From an uncultured Alphaproteobacteria bacterium (lineage in GTDB: Bacteria > Pseudomonadota > Alphaproteobacteria > JAPYRI01), in contig CAYOOG010000003.1 of assembly GCA_964405515.1 (NCBI GenBank), positions 1 to 43,679 of the forward strand: a stretch of DNA of 43,679 nt, in the 5' to 3' direction. A program made the position numbers and the translations under genes. The number at the start of each line of letters is the position of its first letter. The first letter of the stretch is position 1. The notes below the pieces were generated by a model. It had not been told where the DNA came from. It did no database searches and saw only the letters and a program-made list of their open reading frames with translations. Positions 1 through 9,974 of the stretch are shown in pieces.

Positions 1-1
1 G

Positions 2-2887
2 GAAATTGCCAAATTACATGACTACGGCGTTTGCCGCCTTTATTCGCCGGGCGACGGCCAGGAATTGGGCCTCGAAGGCATGGTCGCCGATATGCTGTCC
101 CGTGCGGACGTCGATCTGGCCGTGGACATTCCTACGGATATTGCAAGCCTGACGGTTGGTGACGAGCGGGCCCTGGCCCGGGTCATAACCGGGCTTGAAG
201 CGGGGGTTCTGGACGCGGGTTTGCAAAAGGCCATCCACGAAAGGGCGGCGGAGACTTCCGTCCCTGTACTCGGCATTACCGGGACCGGCGGAGCAGGCAA
301 GTCCTCACTGACCGACGAGATTGTGCGCCGCTTTCGACACCAGCGAGAGAACCTCTCGATCGCCGTACTTGCCGTTGATCCGTCGAAGCGCAAGAGCGGC
401 GGCGCGCTTCTGGGCGATCGGATACGCATGAACGCCATTTATAGCGACGGCGTCTACGTACGCTCGCTCGCCACGCGGCGCTCGGAGCGGGAAATCGCCG
501 CCGCCTTGCCGGACGCCGTGGCTGCCGTAAAGGCCGTTGGTTACGATCTGGTGATCGTCGAGACGGCGGGGATCGGCCAGGGTGACGCCGCCGTGGTCCC
601 GCTGGTGGATGTTTCGCTCTATGTCATGACACCGGAATTCGGCGCCGCCAGCCAGCTTGAAAAAATCGACATGCTGGACTTTGCCGACATGGTGGCGATC
701 AACAAGTTTGACCGCCGGGGCGCCGACGACGCTTTGCGCGACGTTCGTAAACAGGTGCAGCGGGGCCGCGAGGCCTTCGACCAAGCGCCCGAGGACATGC
801 CGGTCTACGGAACAGTGGCTTCCCATTTCAACGACGACGGTGTGACCGCTCTATATCAGGGCATTTGCGCGGCCATCTCGGCGAGGGGCTTTGAAGGTTG
901 GCCGGAGGGTGACGCTACGGTACCCAAGACCTCCAGCGCCGCGACGGCGATCGTTCCGGCGGAGCGCCAGCGCTATCTGGCGGAAGTGGCGGGCTCTGTG
1001 CGCGCCTACCATCGGGATACGGACGCACAGGCGACTTTGGCGCGGGAGCGTCAGCAGCTTCGCGAGGCTGGCCGGATGCTTGGCGAAGCCGGAGGCGACG
1101 ACGGCGGCCTGAAGGACCTGATCGCGGCGCGGGAAAACGATCTAAGCGGCGCCTCGAAGAGCTTGCTCGAGTCCTGGCCGGAAGTGCGGCAGGCCTACAC
1201 TAGTCCGGATCTGGCGGGGGCGCGGACCACGCGGACGTCACTATCCGGTAGCGAAGTGCCAAAGGTGGCGGTTCCGGACTTTGAGGACGAAGGCGCGTTG
1301 CTTGCCTGGCTGCGGCGGGAAAATATGCCCGGCCGCTTTCCCTTCACCGCCGGTGTGTTCGCCTTCAAGCGCGAGAACGAGGCGCCGACGCGCATGTTCG
1401 CGGGTGAGGGCGATCCCTTCCGCACCAACGAGCGCTTCAAGATGCTCTCCAAGGACAGCGAGGCCAAGCGCCTGTCCACGGCTTTCGATTCCGTCACCTT
1501 GTACGGCTGTGATCCGGACGAACGCCCGGACATATACGGTAAGGTTGGCAATTCAGGCGTTTCCATCGCCACATTGGACGACCTGAAGGCGCTCTATGAC
1601 GGCTTTGATCTCTGCGACCCGTCAACTTCCGTTTCCATGACCATCAACGGGCCGGCGCCGGCGATCCTTGCCATGTTCATCAATGCCGCCGTCGACCAGC
1701 AGGTGGCAAAATTCGAGGCCGAGCATGGCCGCGCGCCGGACGAAAAAGAGAGGCTGGCGGTTTCCGCCCACGCCCACGAAAACGTCCGTGGTACCGTGCA
1801 GGCGGATATCCTCAAGGAAGATCAGGGCCAGAACACCTGCATATTTTCCACCGAATTCGCCCTTCGCATGATGGGCGACATCCAGGCCTACTTCATCGAT
1901 CACAAGGTGCGAAACTTCTATTCGGTTTCCATATCCGGCTATCACATTGCCGAGGCCGGGGCGAACCCGATTTCCCAACTGGCCTTCACGCTGGCCAACG
2001 GTTTCACCTTCGTTGAGGCCTATTTGGCGCGAGGCATGAAGATCGATGACTTTGCGCCGAACCTGTCGTTCTTCTTCTCCAACGGCATGGACCCGGAATA
2101 TACCGTGCTGGGGCGGGTGGCGCGGCGCATCTGGTCGGTCGCCATGCGCGACCTTTACGGCGCCGGCGAGCGCAGCCAGAAGCTCAAGTACCATATTCAG
2201 ACGTCGGGGCGTTCGCTGCACGCCCAGGAAATGGATTTCAACGATATCCGCACGACCTTGCAGGCATTGATCGCTGTTTACGACAATTGCAACAGTCTGC
2301 ATACCAACGCCCACGACGAAGCCTTCACCACGCCGACAGCGGGGTCCGTGCGTCGGGCGCTCGCCATCCAGATGATCATCAATCAGGAATGGGGCTTGGC
2401 CATGAACGAGAACCCCAATCAGGGTTCATTCGTCGTCGAGCAGTTGACGGATCTGGTGGAGGAAGCAGTGCTCAAGGAATTCGAGAGCATTTCAGAGCGC
2501 GGTGGCGTTCTCGGGGCCATGGAAACCGGCTACCAGCGTGGCAAGATTCAGGATGAATCCCTTTGCTACGAGGAGCGCAAGCACGACGGTAGTTTGCCCA
2601 TTGTCGGGGTCAATACTTTCCTCAATCCGAACCCGGACGCGGCCCCGCAACCGGCCCTGTTGCAACGCTCGACAGGGGAGGAAAAAGACAATCAAATCAA
2701 GCGGCTCAAGGTATTTCATAAGAAGAACCTTGACGCCGCGGCGCCGCTGCTGGAGGAACTGGCACAGACCGCCGCGGCTGGCGGCAATACCTTTGCGGTG
2801 CTCATGCGGGCCGTGCGCCACTGTTCACTAGGCCAAATAAGTGATGCCCTCTATGAGGTCGGCGGCCAATACCGGCGAAATATGTAA
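2..2887 (+). CDS. icmF: Fused isobutyryl-CoA mutase IcmF, 5'-truncated by the window edge (end of the B12-binding domain, MeaB-like GTPase, mutase substrate domain)
   Basis: The frame is open from position 2 (EIAKLHDYGVCRLYSPGDG...). It has the P-loop GITGTGGAGKSS. The C-terminal part (STAFDSVTLYGCDPDERPDIYGKVGNSGVSIATLDD..., TINGPAPAILAMF) is typical of IcmF/methylmalonyl-CoA-mutase-family catalytic domains. Confidence 0.88.
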   Translation, partial: EIAKLHDYGVCRLYSPGDGQELGLEGMVADMLSRADVDLAVDIPTDIASLTVGDERALARVITGLEAGVLDAGLQKAIHERAAETSVPVLGITGTGGAGKSSLTDEIVRRFRHQRENLSIAVLAVDPSKRKSGGALLGDRIRMNAIYSDGVYVRSLATRRSEREIAAALPDAVAAVKAVGYDLVIVETAGIGQGDAAVVPLVDVSLYVMTPEFGAASQLEKIDMLDFADMVAINKFDRRGADDALRDVRKQVQRGREAFDQAPEDMPVYGTVASHFNDDGVTALYQGICAAISARGFEGWPEGDATVPKTSSAATAIVPAERQRYLAEVAGSVRAYHRDTDAQATLARERQQLREAGRMLGEAGGDDGGLKDLIAARENDLSGASKSLLESWPEVRQAYTSPDLAGARTTRTSLSGSEVPKVAVPDFEDEGALLAWLRRENMPGRFPFTAGVFAFKRENEAPTRMFAGEGDPFRTNERFKMLSKDSEAKRLSTAFDSVTLYGCDPDERPDIYGKVGNSGVSIATLDDLKALYDGFDLCDPSTSVSMTINGPAPAILAMFINAAVDQQVAKFEAEHGRAPDEKERLAVSAHAHENVRGTVQADILKEDQGQNTCIFSTEFALRMMGDIQAYFIDHKVRNFYSVSISGYHIAEAGANPISQLAFTLANGFTFVEAYLARGMKIDDFAPNLSFFFSNGMDPEYTVLGRVARRIWSVAMRDLYGAGERSQKLKYHIQTSGRSLHAQEMDFNDIRTTLQALIAVYDNCNSLHTNAHDEAFTTPTAGSVRRALAIQMIINQEWGLAMNENPNQGSFVVEQLTDLVEEAVLKEFESISERGGVLGAMETGYQRGKIQDESLCYEERKHDGSLPIVGVNTFLNPNPDAAPQPALLQRSTGEEKDNQIKRLKVFHKKNLDAAAPLLEELAQTAAAGGNTFAVLMRAVRHCSLGQISDALYEVGGQYRRNM

Positions 2888-2928
2888 TTTTCGGACTGAT
2901 TATCCTGTAATTTCAATGAGATAATCTC

Positions 2929-2942
2929 TTGATCGTGGTCAA
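2929..2942. promoter_or_regulatory. FNR/FixK/CRP-family box TTGATCGTGGTCAA upstream of hemA
   Basis: It matches TTGA-N6-TCAA (consensus TTGAT-N4-ATCAA) at 9 of 10 core positions. A -10-like TAAGTT lies at 2965-2970, which would put the box centre near -41.5. Confidence 0.45.
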
Positions 2943-3140
2943 AGGTATGACCCCGCTGGAGGGCTAAGTTCTGCCGGCCAGCGCGGTTTTCGGCCCCCAG
3001 CCTCGATAATTGAGTATTTTGGGCGAGATGATCTAATATGTGGTTACTGCTAAGGCGTGGTCTTAACCATCTGGCAACTGTGTAAAGCGCATACTTCGCG
3101 CTTCTTTGCTTCTTTGATGCTTCGCTGCGGGGCTTAAGGT

Positions 3141-4352
3141 ATGGACTATCAGCGTATTTTTTCGACGGCGGTCGATAAGATCAAGGCGGAAGGACGCTAC
3201 CGCGTGTTCATCGATATCGCCCGCCATCGCGGCGATTTTCCGCTGGCAACGCGCTACAGGGGTGACCAGACACAGGAGATTGTCGTCTGGTGCAGCAATG
3301 ATTACTTGGGCATGGGCCAGAGCCCCGTCGTCATCGATGCCATGGACGAGGCTCTCCAGACGGTGGGCGCCGGCGCCGGCGGCACGCGGAACATAAGCGG
3401 CACCAACCATTACCACGTATTGCTGGAAAAAGAGCTGGCCGACTGGCACGGCAAGGAAGCGGCGCTTCTGTTTACGTCGGGCTACGTTTCCAATGACGCG
3501 ACGCTGAGCACCTTGGCCAAGATTTTGCCCAACTGCATCATTTATTCTGATTCCCTCAACCACGCTTCGATGATCGAGGGCATCAGGCGCAGCGGTGCCG
3601 AAAAGCGCGTCTTCCGTCACAATGATCCGGCCCATCTCGAGGAGCTGCTCCGACAAGACGATCCGGGGGCGGCCAAACTCATCGCCTTTGAATCCGTATA
3701 TTCCATGGACGGGGACGTGGCGCCGATCGCCGACTTCTGTGATCTGGCCGAGAAATATGGCGCGCTGACCTATCTGGATGAAGTGCACGCCGTTGGCCTC
3801 TACGGCCCCCGGGGTGGCGGTATTGCCGATCGCGAGGGGCTGGCGCACCGTCTGGACATTATCGAAGGCACGCTCGGCAAGGCCGTGGGTGTCATGGGCG
3901 GTTACATCACCGGCACCGCGGATCTGGTGGACACCGTGCGCAGCATCGCCGCCGGTTTTATTTTCACCACCGCCCTGTCACCGGTACTGGCGGCGGGGGC
4001 CTTGGCCAGCGTGCAATTCCTCAAGTCCAGCAGTGTTGAGCGCGAGCGGCACCAGGAACGGGCGGCGCGCCTGAAGGGTATGCTGCGGGCCGCCGGGCTG
4101 CCGGTCATGCCGTCCGAGACCCATGTCGTGCCGTTATTGGTCGGCGACCCGGCCCTGGCCAAGCGTGTCTCCGATGAATTGCTTGATGACCACGGCATTT
4201 ATGTCCAGCCGATCAACTATCCTACCGTGCCGCGCAGCACCGAGCGGCTGCGGCTGACCCCGAACCCGTTGCACAGCGACGCCATGATGGATGATCTGGT
4301 CGAGGCCCTGAATACGGTCTGGAACAAGCTGGATATCCGCCGCGCCGCCTAA
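3141..4352 (+). CDS. hemA: 5-aminolevulinate synthase (C4 haem pathway)
   Basis: 403 aa. The N-terminus [23 protein letters not shown] and the class-II aminotransferase/ALAS pattern ([34 protein letters not shown]) support the call. AAGG precedes the ATG. Confidence 0.93.
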   Translation: MDYQRIFSTAVDKIKAEGRYRVFIDIARHRGDFPLATRYRGDQTQEIVVWCSNDYLGMGQSPVVIDAMDEALQTVGAGAGGTRNISGTNHYHVLLEKELADWHGKEAALLFTSGYVSNDATLSTLAKILPNCIIYSDSLNHASMIEGIRRSGAEKRVFRHNDPAHLEELLRQDDPGAAKLIAFESVYSMDGDVAPIADFCDLAEKYGALTYLDEVHAVGLYGPRGGGIADREGLAHRLDIIEGTLGKAVGVMGGYITGTADLVDTVRSIAAGFIFTTALSPVLAAGALASVQFLKSSSVERERHQERAARLKGMLRAAGLPVMPSETHVVPLLVGDPALAKRVSDELLDDHGIYVQPINYPTVPRSTERLRLTPNPLHSDAMMDDLVEALNTVWNKLDIRRAA

Positions 4353-4356
4353 TCTG

Positions 4357-4587
4357 ATGACCGCCCGGCCACGGCGCGGAGGCGATGCATCCCCGGCGAA
4401 AGCCGATAGCGACGGCTATTACGTGGAATTCCAGCGCATTGGCGGCACGGTGAAAGTGTCGGCCATCGACCCAAGCACGGGCACCGAGGTCTCGACCATG
4501 GGCCCGGTCAGCGCCGGAGAGGAAGAGCTGGGCCGCGCCGCTGTGCAGAAGCTCAAGTATGTCCTCGCCAAAGGCGGCGGGAAATAG
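4357..4587 (+). CDS. Small conserved hypothetical protein (76 aa) 4 nt downstream of the hemA stop
   Basis: Composition is protein-like (YYVEFQRIGGTVKVSAIDPSTGTEVSTMGPVSAGEEELGRAAVQKLKYVL) and third codon positions are GC-rich. It resembles small alphaproteobacterial DUF-type proteins from memory only, with no search run. There is no own SD. Confidence 0.55.
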   Translation: MTARPRRGGDASPAKADSDGYYVEFQRIGGTVKVSAIDPSTGTEVSTMGPVSAGEEELGRAAVQKLKYVLAKGGGK

Positions 4588-4742
4588 CCGCGGCTCGACG
4601 ACCGGGGCGGTTGAATCCAAGCATAATCACGAAAAACCCTGTTTTTTCGGGCCCAGAAATAGGTCCGATAATTTGTGTGGTTGTGGCGCGGTGCAGCGAC
4701 ATATGGTATTAGACAGGCGATTTTCCGGGGCTGGATGGGTTG

Positions 4743-5180
4743 ATGTCCACTGAAACCGTTGCCATTGCTTGCGACCACGCCGGGGTCGAGCTGAAACGCG
4801 CTTTGGTGGCCGATTTGGAAGGAAAGGGAGTCAAGGTGCTGGATCTTGGCACGGACGGAAAAGAATCCGTGGATTACCCCGATTACGGCTACGCCATGGG
4901 CGAGGCCATCGCCGCCGGTCAAGCCGACAAGGGCATTCTGATCTGCGGTACCGGCATCGGAATCAGCATCGCCGCAAACCGCCACAAGGAAGTGCGTGCC
5001 GCCGTTTGCCACAACGGCTTGGTTGCCAAGTTGAGCCGCGAGCACAACGACGCGAACGTACTGGCGTTGGGCACGCGCCTGATCGGTATTGAAGTTGCCC
5101 GGGACTGTGTCGAGAAGTTCCTGAACACGCCGTTTGAAGGCGGCCGCCACCAGCGGCGCGTCGACAAACTCTCCCAATAG
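4743..5180 (+). CDS. rpiB: Ribose-5-phosphate isomerase B
   Basis: VAIACDHAGVELK..., ILICGTGIGISIAANR and NVLALGTRLIG are RpiB/LacAB hallmarks. ATG at 4743 is preferred over TTG at 4740. Confidence 0.9.
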   Translation: MSTETVAIACDHAGVELKRALVADLEGKGVKVLDLGTDGKESVDYPDYGYAMGEAIAAGQADKGILICGTGIGISIAANRHKEVRAAVCHNGLVAKLSREHNDANVLALGTRLIGIEVARDCVEKFLNTPFEGGRHQRRVDKLSQ

Positions 5181-5213
5181 AGTCACCACGGATGTACTGA
5201 AAAGGTATTGTTG

Positions 5214-6545
5214 ATGTCCTTGCCCGAAGCGAGTGCCGAGACAACGGTCGAGAATGATTTCTTCAGCGGCAGCCTGGCCAGCCGGGATACCGAGGTTGCC
5301 GACGCCATTGCCGCTGAAGGCAAGCGCCTGCAGGAACACATCGAACTGATTGCCTCCGAAAACGTGGTTAGCCGTGCGGTCTTGGAGGCCGCGGGCTCGG
5401 TAATGACCAACAAATACGCCGAGGGCTACCCCGGGCGGCGCTACTACGGCGGTTGCGATCACGTGGACGTTGTCGAGGCCCTGGCCATAGAACGCGCCAA
5501 GCGCTTATTTGATTGTGAGTTCGCCAACGTGCAGCCCCATTCCGGGTCACAAGCCAACCAGGGCGCCCTGATGGCGCTGGCCAAGCCCGGAGATACGATC
5601 ATGGGCCTGGGTCTGGCGGCGGGCGGCCATTTGACCCACGGCGCCAAGCCGAACCAGTCCGGCAAATGGTTTAATGCCGTGCAGTACGGTGTCAGACGCC
5701 AAGATGCCTTGCTCGACATGGACGAAATCGCGGCCATGGCCCAAGAGCAAAAACCCAAGGTCATAATCGCCGGCGCCACCGCCTATTCGCGCTTCTTCGA
5801 CTTCAAACGCTTCCGTGAGATCGCGGACAGCGTCGGCGCCTATCTGTTTGTCGATATGGCCCACTTTGCCGGGCTGGTGGCGGCGGGCGTGCACCCGAGC
5901 CCGATCCCCCACGCCCATGTGGTCACGACAACAACGCACAAGACCTTACGCGGTCCCCGGGGCGGCATGATCCTGACCAACGACGAGGACATCGCCAAGA
6001 AGGTCAATTCGGCGGTGTTTCCGGGACTGCAAGGCGGGCCGCTCATGCACATTATCGCCGCAAAGGCCGTTGCCTTCGGCGAAGCGCTGGAGCCCGGCTT
6101 CAAGGTTTACTGCCAGAATGTCGTGGATAACGCCCGCGCATTGGCCGAGACCTTGCGTGAAGGTGGGCTGGAGATTGTTTCCGGCGGTACCGACAATCAT
6201 TTGATGCTGGTTGACCTGAGGCCAAAGAATTTGACCGGCAATGTGGCCGAGGATTCCCTTGGCCGAGCGCACCTGACATGCAACAAGAACGCCATCCCAT
6301 TTGATCCGCAGAAGCCCATGGTGACTTCCGGCTTGCGGTTGGGGACACCGGCGGCAACGACACGTGGTTTCGGGGTTGCCGAGTTCCAGCAGGTCGGTGC
6401 TTTGATAATCGAGACGCTCGACGGCTTGGCGGCCTCGGGCGGGCAAGGGGGCGACGGCGGAGAAAACTCGGCGGTCGAGAAAATGGTGGCGGAAAAAGTG
6501 AAAGCTTTATGTAGCCGCTTCCCTGTATATTCGGATCATCCGTAG
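5214..6545 (+). CDS. glyA: Serine hydroxymethyltransferase
   Basis: [38 protein letters not shown] and the [17 protein letters not shown]-lysine motif support the call. ATG at 5214 lies 8 nt after AAAGG. Confidence 0.95.
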   Translation: MSLPEASAETTVENDFFSGSLASRDTEVADAIAAEGKRLQEHIELIASENVVSRAVLEAAGSVMTNKYAEGYPGRRYYGGCDHVDVVEALAIERAKRLFDCEFANVQPHSGSQANQGALMALAKPGDTIMGLGLAAGGHLTHGAKPNQSGKWFNAVQYGVRRQDALLDMDEIAAMAQEQKPKVIIAGATAYSRFFDFKRFREIADSVGAYLFVDMAHFAGLVAAGVHPSPIPHAHVVTTTTHKTLRGPRGGMILTNDEDIAKKVNSAVFPGLQGGPLMHIIAAKAVAFGEALEPGFKVYCQNVVDNARALAETLREGGLEIVSGGTDNHLMLVDLRPKNLTGNVAEDSLGRAHLTCNKNAIPFDPQKPMVTSGLRLGTPAATTRGFGVAEFQQVGALIIETLDGLAASGGQGGDGGENSAVEKMVAEKVKALCSRFPVYSDHP

Positions 6546-6566
6546 GGACTCTAGGAGGGGCGGCAC

Positions 6567-7031
6567 ATGCGTTGTCCATTTTGTGGGAACAACGATACCC
6601 AGGTCAAGGACTCCCGTCCGACCGAGGATAGCACCGCCATCAGGCGGCGGCGCTACTGCACCGGTTGCGGCGGGCGTTTTACGACATTTGAACGCGTGCA
6701 ACTGCGCGAGTTGACGGTCCTTAAAAAGTACGGCCGGCGCGAGACTTTCGATCGCGACAAGATGACGCGCTCCGTTAACATCGCACTGCGCAAACGCAAC
6801 GTCGATCCCGAGGTTGCCGAGCGCATGGTCAGCGGCATTGTGCGCCGACTGGAGAGCATGGGCGAAACGGATATTCCGGCGGACGTTGTTGGTCAAATGG
6901 TCATGGAAGGCCTGGCCGGGCTGGATCAGGTTGCCTATGTGCGCTTCGCGTCGGTCTACAAGAATTTCCGCGAGGCCAAGGACTTCGAAAAGTTCATCGG
7001 CGAGCTCGATGAGGGCGAAAGCAAGGAGTGA
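6567..7031 (+). CDS. nrdR: Transcriptional repressor NrdR
   Basis: MRCPFCG...[14 protein letters not shown] zinc ribbon plus an ATP-cone. A strong AGGAGG SD is present. Confidence 0.95.
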   Translation: MRCPFCGNNDTQVKDSRPTEDSTAIRRRRYCTGCGGRFTTFERVQLRELTVLKKYGRRETFDRDKMTRSVNIALRKRNVDPEVAERMVSGIVRRLESMGETDIPADVVGQMVMEGLAGLDQVAYVRFASVYKNFREAKDFEKFIGELDEGESKE

Positions 7032-7051
7032 CAAGGCGACCCACATGATGG

Positions 7052-8191
7052 GTGACCTTTGTCATTCGAAATCCCGTGAGTGACGATACAAACTTCATGA
7101 AAATCGCCCTCGGCCTTGCGGCGCGGGGGCAGGGTATTGTCTGGCCCAATCCGGCCGTGGGTTGCGTATTGGTGCGTCCCGATCTTGGCCGGAATGGCCA
7201 GGTCGTGGGCCGCGGCTGGACTCAGCCGGGCGGCCGGCCCCATGCCGAAACCGAGGCGCTGTCCCGAGCGGGCGAAATGGCCAGGGGCGCGACCGCGTAC
7301 GTTACTTTGGAGCCCTGTGCCCATCAGGGCGAGACGCCCTCCTGCGCCGAGGCCTTGGCGGCGGCGGGTGTGAAGCGAGCCGTCGTGGCGCTCGGTGACC
7401 CGGACCCGCGCACCAACGGTGGTGGCTTGGAGAAACTTCGTCAGGCCGGTGTGGAAGTGTTTTCCGGCGTGCTCGAGGAAGAGGCCGCTCAATTGTGCGC
7501 GGGCTATCTGACCCGTATCCGCGAAGGCAGGCCTCTGGTCACTTTGAAGGTGGCGACCACCCTTGACGGGAAGATCGCGACACGGGCCGGGCATAGTCAA
7601 TGGATCACCGGTCCCGGGGCGCGGCGGCGCGGCCACCTGATGCGGGCGCAGAACGACGGTATCATGGTCGGCGCCGGTACCGTGGCCGCGGACGACCCGG
7701 ACCTGACCTGCCGCCTGCCGGGCCTGGGCAACCGCTCGCCGGTGCGCATAGTGGCAGATGGCCGGCTGCGCACGCCCTTGACCTCGAAGCTGGTTCAAAA
7801 GGCCGACAAGTTCCTGACCTGGATTATCGCCATGCCGGGGGCCGAGCCGTCGCGGCTAGAGGCTCTTGCGCAAGCAGGCGTCGAGGTCATCGAAGTGTCG
7901 CCCGACGACACCGGCAACCCGGATCTCATCGCCGCTTTGAAAATGCTGGGCGAACGCGGCATGACCAGCCTCCTGGTGGAGGGCGGCAGCCGCCTTGCCA
8001 GTTCGTTGCTCCTGGCCGGGTTGGTGGACCGTATCGCCTGGTTTCGGGCGCCCCGGGTCATGGGTGGCGAAGGCGTGCCGGTGGTGGCGGCGCTCGGTTT
8101 GGACAATCTGGGCGACGCCCCTGACTTCAAGCGGGTTGATGTCACGACCATCGGCGACGATATACTGGAAACCTACGTCATTCGGGTTTAA
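7052..8191 (+). CDS. ribD: Bifunctional riboflavin biosynthesis protein RibD (deaminase/reductase)
   Basis: FMKIALGLAARGQGIVWPNPAVGCVLV, HAETEAL and TLEPCAHQGETPSC form the deaminase zinc motif. A C-terminal reductase domain follows. The start is uncertain: GTG 7052, GTG 7076 or ATG 7097. Confidence 0.9.
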   Translation: MTFVIRNPVSDDTNFMKIALGLAARGQGIVWPNPAVGCVLVRPDLGRNGQVVGRGWTQPGGRPHAETEALSRAGEMARGATAYVTLEPCAHQGETPSCAEALAAAGVKRAVVALGDPDPRTNGGGLEKLRQAGVEVFSGVLEEEAAQLCAGYLTRIREGRPLVTLKVATTLDGKIATRAGHSQWITGPGARRRGHLMRAQNDGIMVGAGTVAADDPDLTCRLPGLGNRSPVRIVADGRLRTPLTSKLVQKADKFLTWIIAMPGAEPSRLEALAQAGVEVIEVSPDDTGNPDLIAALKMLGERGMTSLLVEGGSRLASSLLLAGLVDRIAWFRAPRVMGGEGVPVVAALGLDNLGDAPDFKRVDVTTIGDDILETYVIRV

Positions 8192-8227
8192 AAACAGGGC
8201 CTAAAGCACGGGCCGGAGACGACTTTC

Positions 8228-8839
8228 ATGTTTACAGGCATCATTACGGACTTGGGCAGGGTGCGCGCCATCGAGGCGCGGGGCGATAGCCGTTTCGTTA
8301 TCGAAACATCCTACCCGGCGACGGCACTGGATATAGGCGCCTCTGTCGCCTGTTCCGGCGTTTGCCTGACGGTGGTCGATAAGGGCAGCGCCGAGGACGC
8401 CAACGGCGGCACCAGTTGGTTTGCAGTGGACGTCTCGGCGGAGACCCTGTCCTGCACGAATCTTGGGGCTTGGGCGGAGGGCACCAGGGTCAATCTGGAG
8501 CGGTCCTTGCGGCTGGGAGATGAAATGGGCGGGCACATTGTCAGCGGCCACGTGGACGGCGTGGCTGAGGTCCAAAGTGTCACGAGCGAAGGCGATTCCA
8601 AGGTTTTTGCGTTTTCCGTCCCTCCGGATCTGGCGCGCTACGTGGCCGCCAAAGGCTCCCTGGCCCTCGATGGCGTATCGCTTACGGTCAATGCCGTTGA
8701 AGGCGATAGCTTTACGGTCAATATCATCCCCCACACCCAGCAGGTCACCAGTTTCGCCGACCTCAAGCCCGGCGGCAAAGTCAATCTGGAGGTCGATCTC
8801 TTGGCCCGTTACGTCGCGCGTTTGACAGAGGGGAATTGA
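8228..8839 (+). CDS. ribE: Riboflavin synthase (alpha chain)
   Basis: MFTGIITDLGRV..., GASVACSGVCLTVV and GHIVSGHVDG, with the duplicated lumazine-binding repeat. Confidence 0.93.
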   Translation: MFTGIITDLGRVRAIEARGDSRFVIETSYPATALDIGASVACSGVCLTVVDKGSAEDANGGTSWFAVDVSAETLSCTNLGAWAEGTRVNLERSLRLGDEMGGHIVSGHVDGVAEVQSVTSEGDSKVFAFSVPPDLARYVAAKGSLALDGVSLTVNAVEGDSFTVNIIPHTQQVTSFADLKPGGKVNLEVDLLARYVARLTEGN

Positions 8840-8841
8840 CC

Positions 8842-9960
8842 GTGGCCGATCGCGAATTTCTCTCTCCCATCGAGGAGATTATCGAAGATGCCCGAAACGG
8901 GCGCATGTTCGTGCTGCTCGACCACGAAGACCGCGAAAACGAGGGCGACCTTGTGATACCGGCGCAAATGGCGGGTCCGGACGCCGTCAACTTCATGGCG
9001 ACCCACGGCCGTGGTTTGATCTGCCTCTCGTTGACCCGTGAGCGTGTCGATCATTTGGGTCTGCAGCTCATGAACTCGGAAAACAAATCAAGGCTGGAGA
9101 CGGCGTTTACCGTGTCCATCGAGGCTGCGGACGGCGTGACCACTGGAATTTCCGCTTCCGACCGGGCGCGCACCATCAGCTTTGCCATCGACCCGACAAA
9201 TGGGCCGGACGACATCTGCACTCCCGGGCACGTGTTTCCCTTGGTGGCGCGGGACGGCGGCGTGCTTGTGCGCTCGGGCCACACCGAGGCGGCGATCGAC
9301 GTGGCGCGGCTTGCGGGGCTCAACCCCTCCGGCGTGATCTGCGAAATCATGAACGATGACGGCACCATGGCGCGTTTGCCGGAGCTGGTGAAATTCGCCC
9401 AGTTTCATGGCCTCAAAGTGGCGACAATCTCCGATCTCATTGCCTACCGCCTGAAGAACGATAGCCTGATCGAACGCGTGACCTCGGCCTCGGTCAACAG
9501 CGAGTTGGGCGGCGAGTTCGAAATGGTGGTCTTCAAGAACCGTGTTGAGCACCTGGAATACGTGGCCTTCGTCAAGGGCGAGATCACCGAGAAGGATGTC
9601 GTGTTGGTGCGCATGCATTCATTGTCAATTTTTGAAGATGTCTTGGGTGGCGAGCCGGGCGCCGTGCCGAAACTGCGCGCCGCCGTCAAGGCCATTGGCG
9701 AAGCGGGAAAAGGCGTCATCGTCGTTATCAGGACCAGGCAATTGGATTGGGCCTCCACACAGATCAAGCAGCACATGGGAGAGGCCCAGGCCAAGGCGAC
9801 CGAGGAAATGCCGGAGCTTCGCCAGTACGGGATCGGTGCGCAGATTCTTTTGGACCTGGGCGTGCGTAATATGGTTTTGCTGTCGAATACCGAGCGGAAC
9901 ATTGTCGGGCTCGGTGGCTATGGCCTCAAGGTTGTCGGCCAGCAGCGGCTTGACGAGTAA
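8842..9960 (+). CDS. ribBA: 3,4-dihydroxy-2-butanone-4-phosphate synthase fused to a degenerate GTP-cyclohydrolase-II-like domain
   Basis: The N-terminal half has DHBP synthase motifs (DRENEGDLV, RGLICL, GHTEAAIDVARLAG). The C-terminal half aligns to RibA but lacks the zinc cysteines (VRMHSLSIFEDVLGGEPG instead of VHSECLTGD...CDCG). GTG at 8842 follows GAGGGGAA. Confidence 0.88.
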   Translation: MADREFLSPIEEIIEDARNGRMFVLLDHEDRENEGDLVIPAQMAGPDAVNFMATHGRGLICLSLTRERVDHLGLQLMNSENKSRLETAFTVSIEAADGVTTGISASDRARTISFAIDPTNGPDDICTPGHVFPLVARDGGVLVRSGHTEAAIDVARLAGLNPSGVICEIMNDDGTMARLPELVKFAQFHGLKVATISDLIAYRLKNDSLIERVTSASVNSELGGEFEMVVFKNRVEHLEYVAFVKGEITEKDVVLVRMHSLSIFEDVLGGEPGAVPKLRAAVKAIGEAGKGVIVVIRTRQLDWASTQIKQHMGEAQAKATEEMPELRQYGIGAQILLDLGVRNMVLLSNTERNIVGLGGYGLKVVGQQRLDE

Positions 9961-9974
9961 GGGAACGGCGGTAA

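Noticed and set aside
1622-2314. Long antisense or out-of-frame ORFs throughout (for example 1622-2314, 4419-5462, 6956-7798, 15879-16547, 23070-24107, 27463-28092, 28556-29239, 41865-42800)
   Set aside because: These are typical shadow ORFs of a high-GC genome. They overlap well-supported genes and have Arg/Gly/Pro/Ala-rich compositions with no SD.
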